32,000 bases of DNA, from contig NC_009664.2 in the NCBI RefSeq assembly GCF_000017305.1, positions 690,001 to 722,000 on the forward strand. Direction: 5' to 3'. The DNA is from Kineococcus radiotolerans SRS30216 = ATCC BAA-149. Its GTDB lineage: Bacteria > Actinomycetota > Actinomycetes > Actinomycetales > Kineococcaceae. Below, piece by piece: positions 30,982 through 32,000 of the stretch. The translations under genes were made by a program, and so were the position numbers. The notes below the pieces were generated by a model that did not search any database, was not told the DNA's origin, and was given only the letters and a program-made list of their open reading frames with translations. Positions within the stretch are counted from its first letter, which is position 1. Each line of letters begins with the position of its first letter.

Positions 30982-32000
30982 ATGACCCTGGACGCGTCCC
31001 CGGACCTCGACCAGCAGGAGGTCCTCGGGCGGTTCTCCGAGGCGACGCGGGCCTGGTTCACCGGCGCCTTCGCGGCTCCCACGCCGGCGCAGCTGGGCGC
31101 CTGGGACGCGGTCAGCCGCGGGCAGCACGCCCTCGTCGTCGCCCCGACGGGATCGGGCAAGACCCTCTCGGCCTTCCTGTGGGCGCTGGACGGCCTGGCC
31201 GGTGAGCCGGTGCCGGAGGACAAGGACCACCGCTGCCGCGTCCTGTACGTCTCCCCCCTCAAGGCGCTGGCCGTCGACGTCGAGCGCAACCTCCGGTCCC
31301 CGCTCACGGGCATCCGCCAGGCCGCGCAGCGCCTGGGTCTGCCGGTGCCGGAGGTCCGCGTCGGGGTGCGCTCGGGGGACACCTCCCAGGAGGAGCGCCG
31401 CGGGTTCACCCGCACCCCGCCCGACGTCCTCATCACCACGCCGGAGTCGCTGTTCCTGCTGCTGACCTCCAAGGCCCGCGAGCAGCTGCGCGGGGTCCGC
31501 ACCGTCGTGCTCGACGAGGTCCACGCGATGGCCGGCTCCAAGCGCGGGGCCCACCTGGCGCTGTCGCTGGAGCGCCTCGACGCCCTGGTGCAGGCCGCGG
31601 GGGGCGAGCCCACCCAGCGGGTGGGGCTGTCCGCGACGGTCCGCCCGGTGCAGACGGTGGCCGAGTGGGTCTCCGGGGGGCGGCCGGTGACGATCGTGCA
31701 GCCGCCCTCGACCAAGGAGTTCGACCTGCGCGTCGTCGTCCCGGTGGAGGACATGAGCGACCTCGACGCCTCCGGCCGCGGCGCGGAGGACCCCGACGAC
31801 CTGACGGGTCAGGCCTCGGGCGGCGCCCGCCGGGCCAGCATCTGGCCGCACGTCGAGGAACGCATCGTCGACCTCGTCGCCGAGCACCGCTCCACGCTGG
31901 TGTTCGCGAACTCCCGGCGGTTGTCCGAGCGGCTGACGGCGCGGCTGAACGAGGTCTGGGACGAGCGGCTGAACCCCGAGGAACCCGACGGGGCCGCCCC
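30982..32000 (+). CDS. lhr: ATP-dependent helicase Lhr (large helicase-related), N-terminal part; continues past the right edge
   Basis: My own translation from ATG 30982: MTLDASPDLDQQEVLGRFSEATRAWFTGAFAAPTPAQLGAWDAVSRGQHALVVAPTGSGKTL...VLDEVHAM...GLSATV...LVFANSRR. SF2 motifs I, II (DEVH), III and IV are present. The ORF is open to the window end, so it is absent from the ORF track. Confidence 0.9.
   Translation, partial: MTLDASPDLDQQEVLGRFSEATRAWFTGAFAAPTPAQLGAWDAVSRGQHALVVAPTGSGKTLSAFLWALDGLAGEPVPEDKDHRCRVLYVSPLKALAVDVERNLRSPLTGIRQAAQRLGLPVPEVRVGVRSGDTSQEERRGFTRTPPDVLITTPESLFLLLTSKAREQLRGVRTVVLDEVHAMAGSKRGAHLALSLERLDALVQAAGGEPTQRVGLSATVRPVQTVAEWVSGGRPVTIVQPPSTKEFDLRVVVPVEDMSDLDASGRGAEDPDDLTGQASGGARRASIWPHVEERIVDLVAEHRSTLVFANSRRLSERLTARLNEVWDERLNPEEPDGAA

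Noticed and set aside
1-32000. Search by eye for CRISPR repeats, IS/transposase or integrase genes, tRNA/rRNA genes, prophage genes or known defence-system genes
   Set aside because: I found none. Every interval longer than about 120 bp is occupied by a CDS with housekeeping-type motifs or by the regulatory regions described. GC content and codon bias look uniform, with no obvious horizontally acquired island.

Overview
This is a very GC-rich stretch of Actinomycetota core chromosome (well above 70% GC by eye, with third codon positions almost all G/C). The gene order is nrdR, a LysM gene, lexA, then hflX, dapF, miaA, miaB, gluABCD, recX, recA and a DUF3046 gene. That order matches the conserved lexA-recA neighbourhood of mycobacteria and corynebacteria. 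I call 35 protein-coding genes. Two run off the window edges and so are missing from the ORF track: a PfkB kinase at the left edge and lhr at the right edge. I also call three LexA (SOS) boxes, several promoter candidates, hairpins and one short in-frame tandem repeat. I saw no rRNA, tRNA, CRISPR array, transposase, integrase, phage gene or recognisable defence gene. Many of the longest ORFs in the track (for example 1574 aa and 1604 aa) are shadow or read-through ORFs typical of high-GC DNA. The most interesting content is DNA-damage-response wiring. (1) The lexA/LysM divergent region holds two SOS boxes plus an unexplained perfect 18-bp palindrome. (2) recA appears to have two promoters, one with an SOS box in its spacer and one matching the LexA-independent RecA-NDp motif. 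(3) The conserved first helix of RecX lies upstream of the only canonical start codon, which points to a CTG start overlapping the recA stop. (4) An SMP-30/DinB-fold gene pair sits between DUF3046 and recA. (5) An ABM monooxygenase-like gene follows recX. Outside that theme there is a single-chain (TMD-NBD)x2 ABC exporter with asymmetric ATP sites, a cysteine-free DksA/TraR-like protein, and a 107-nt tail-to-tail CDS overlap. I do not see convincing evidence for a wholly new multi-gene system. All functional calls rest on my reading of motifs and synteny and need database or experimental confirmation.
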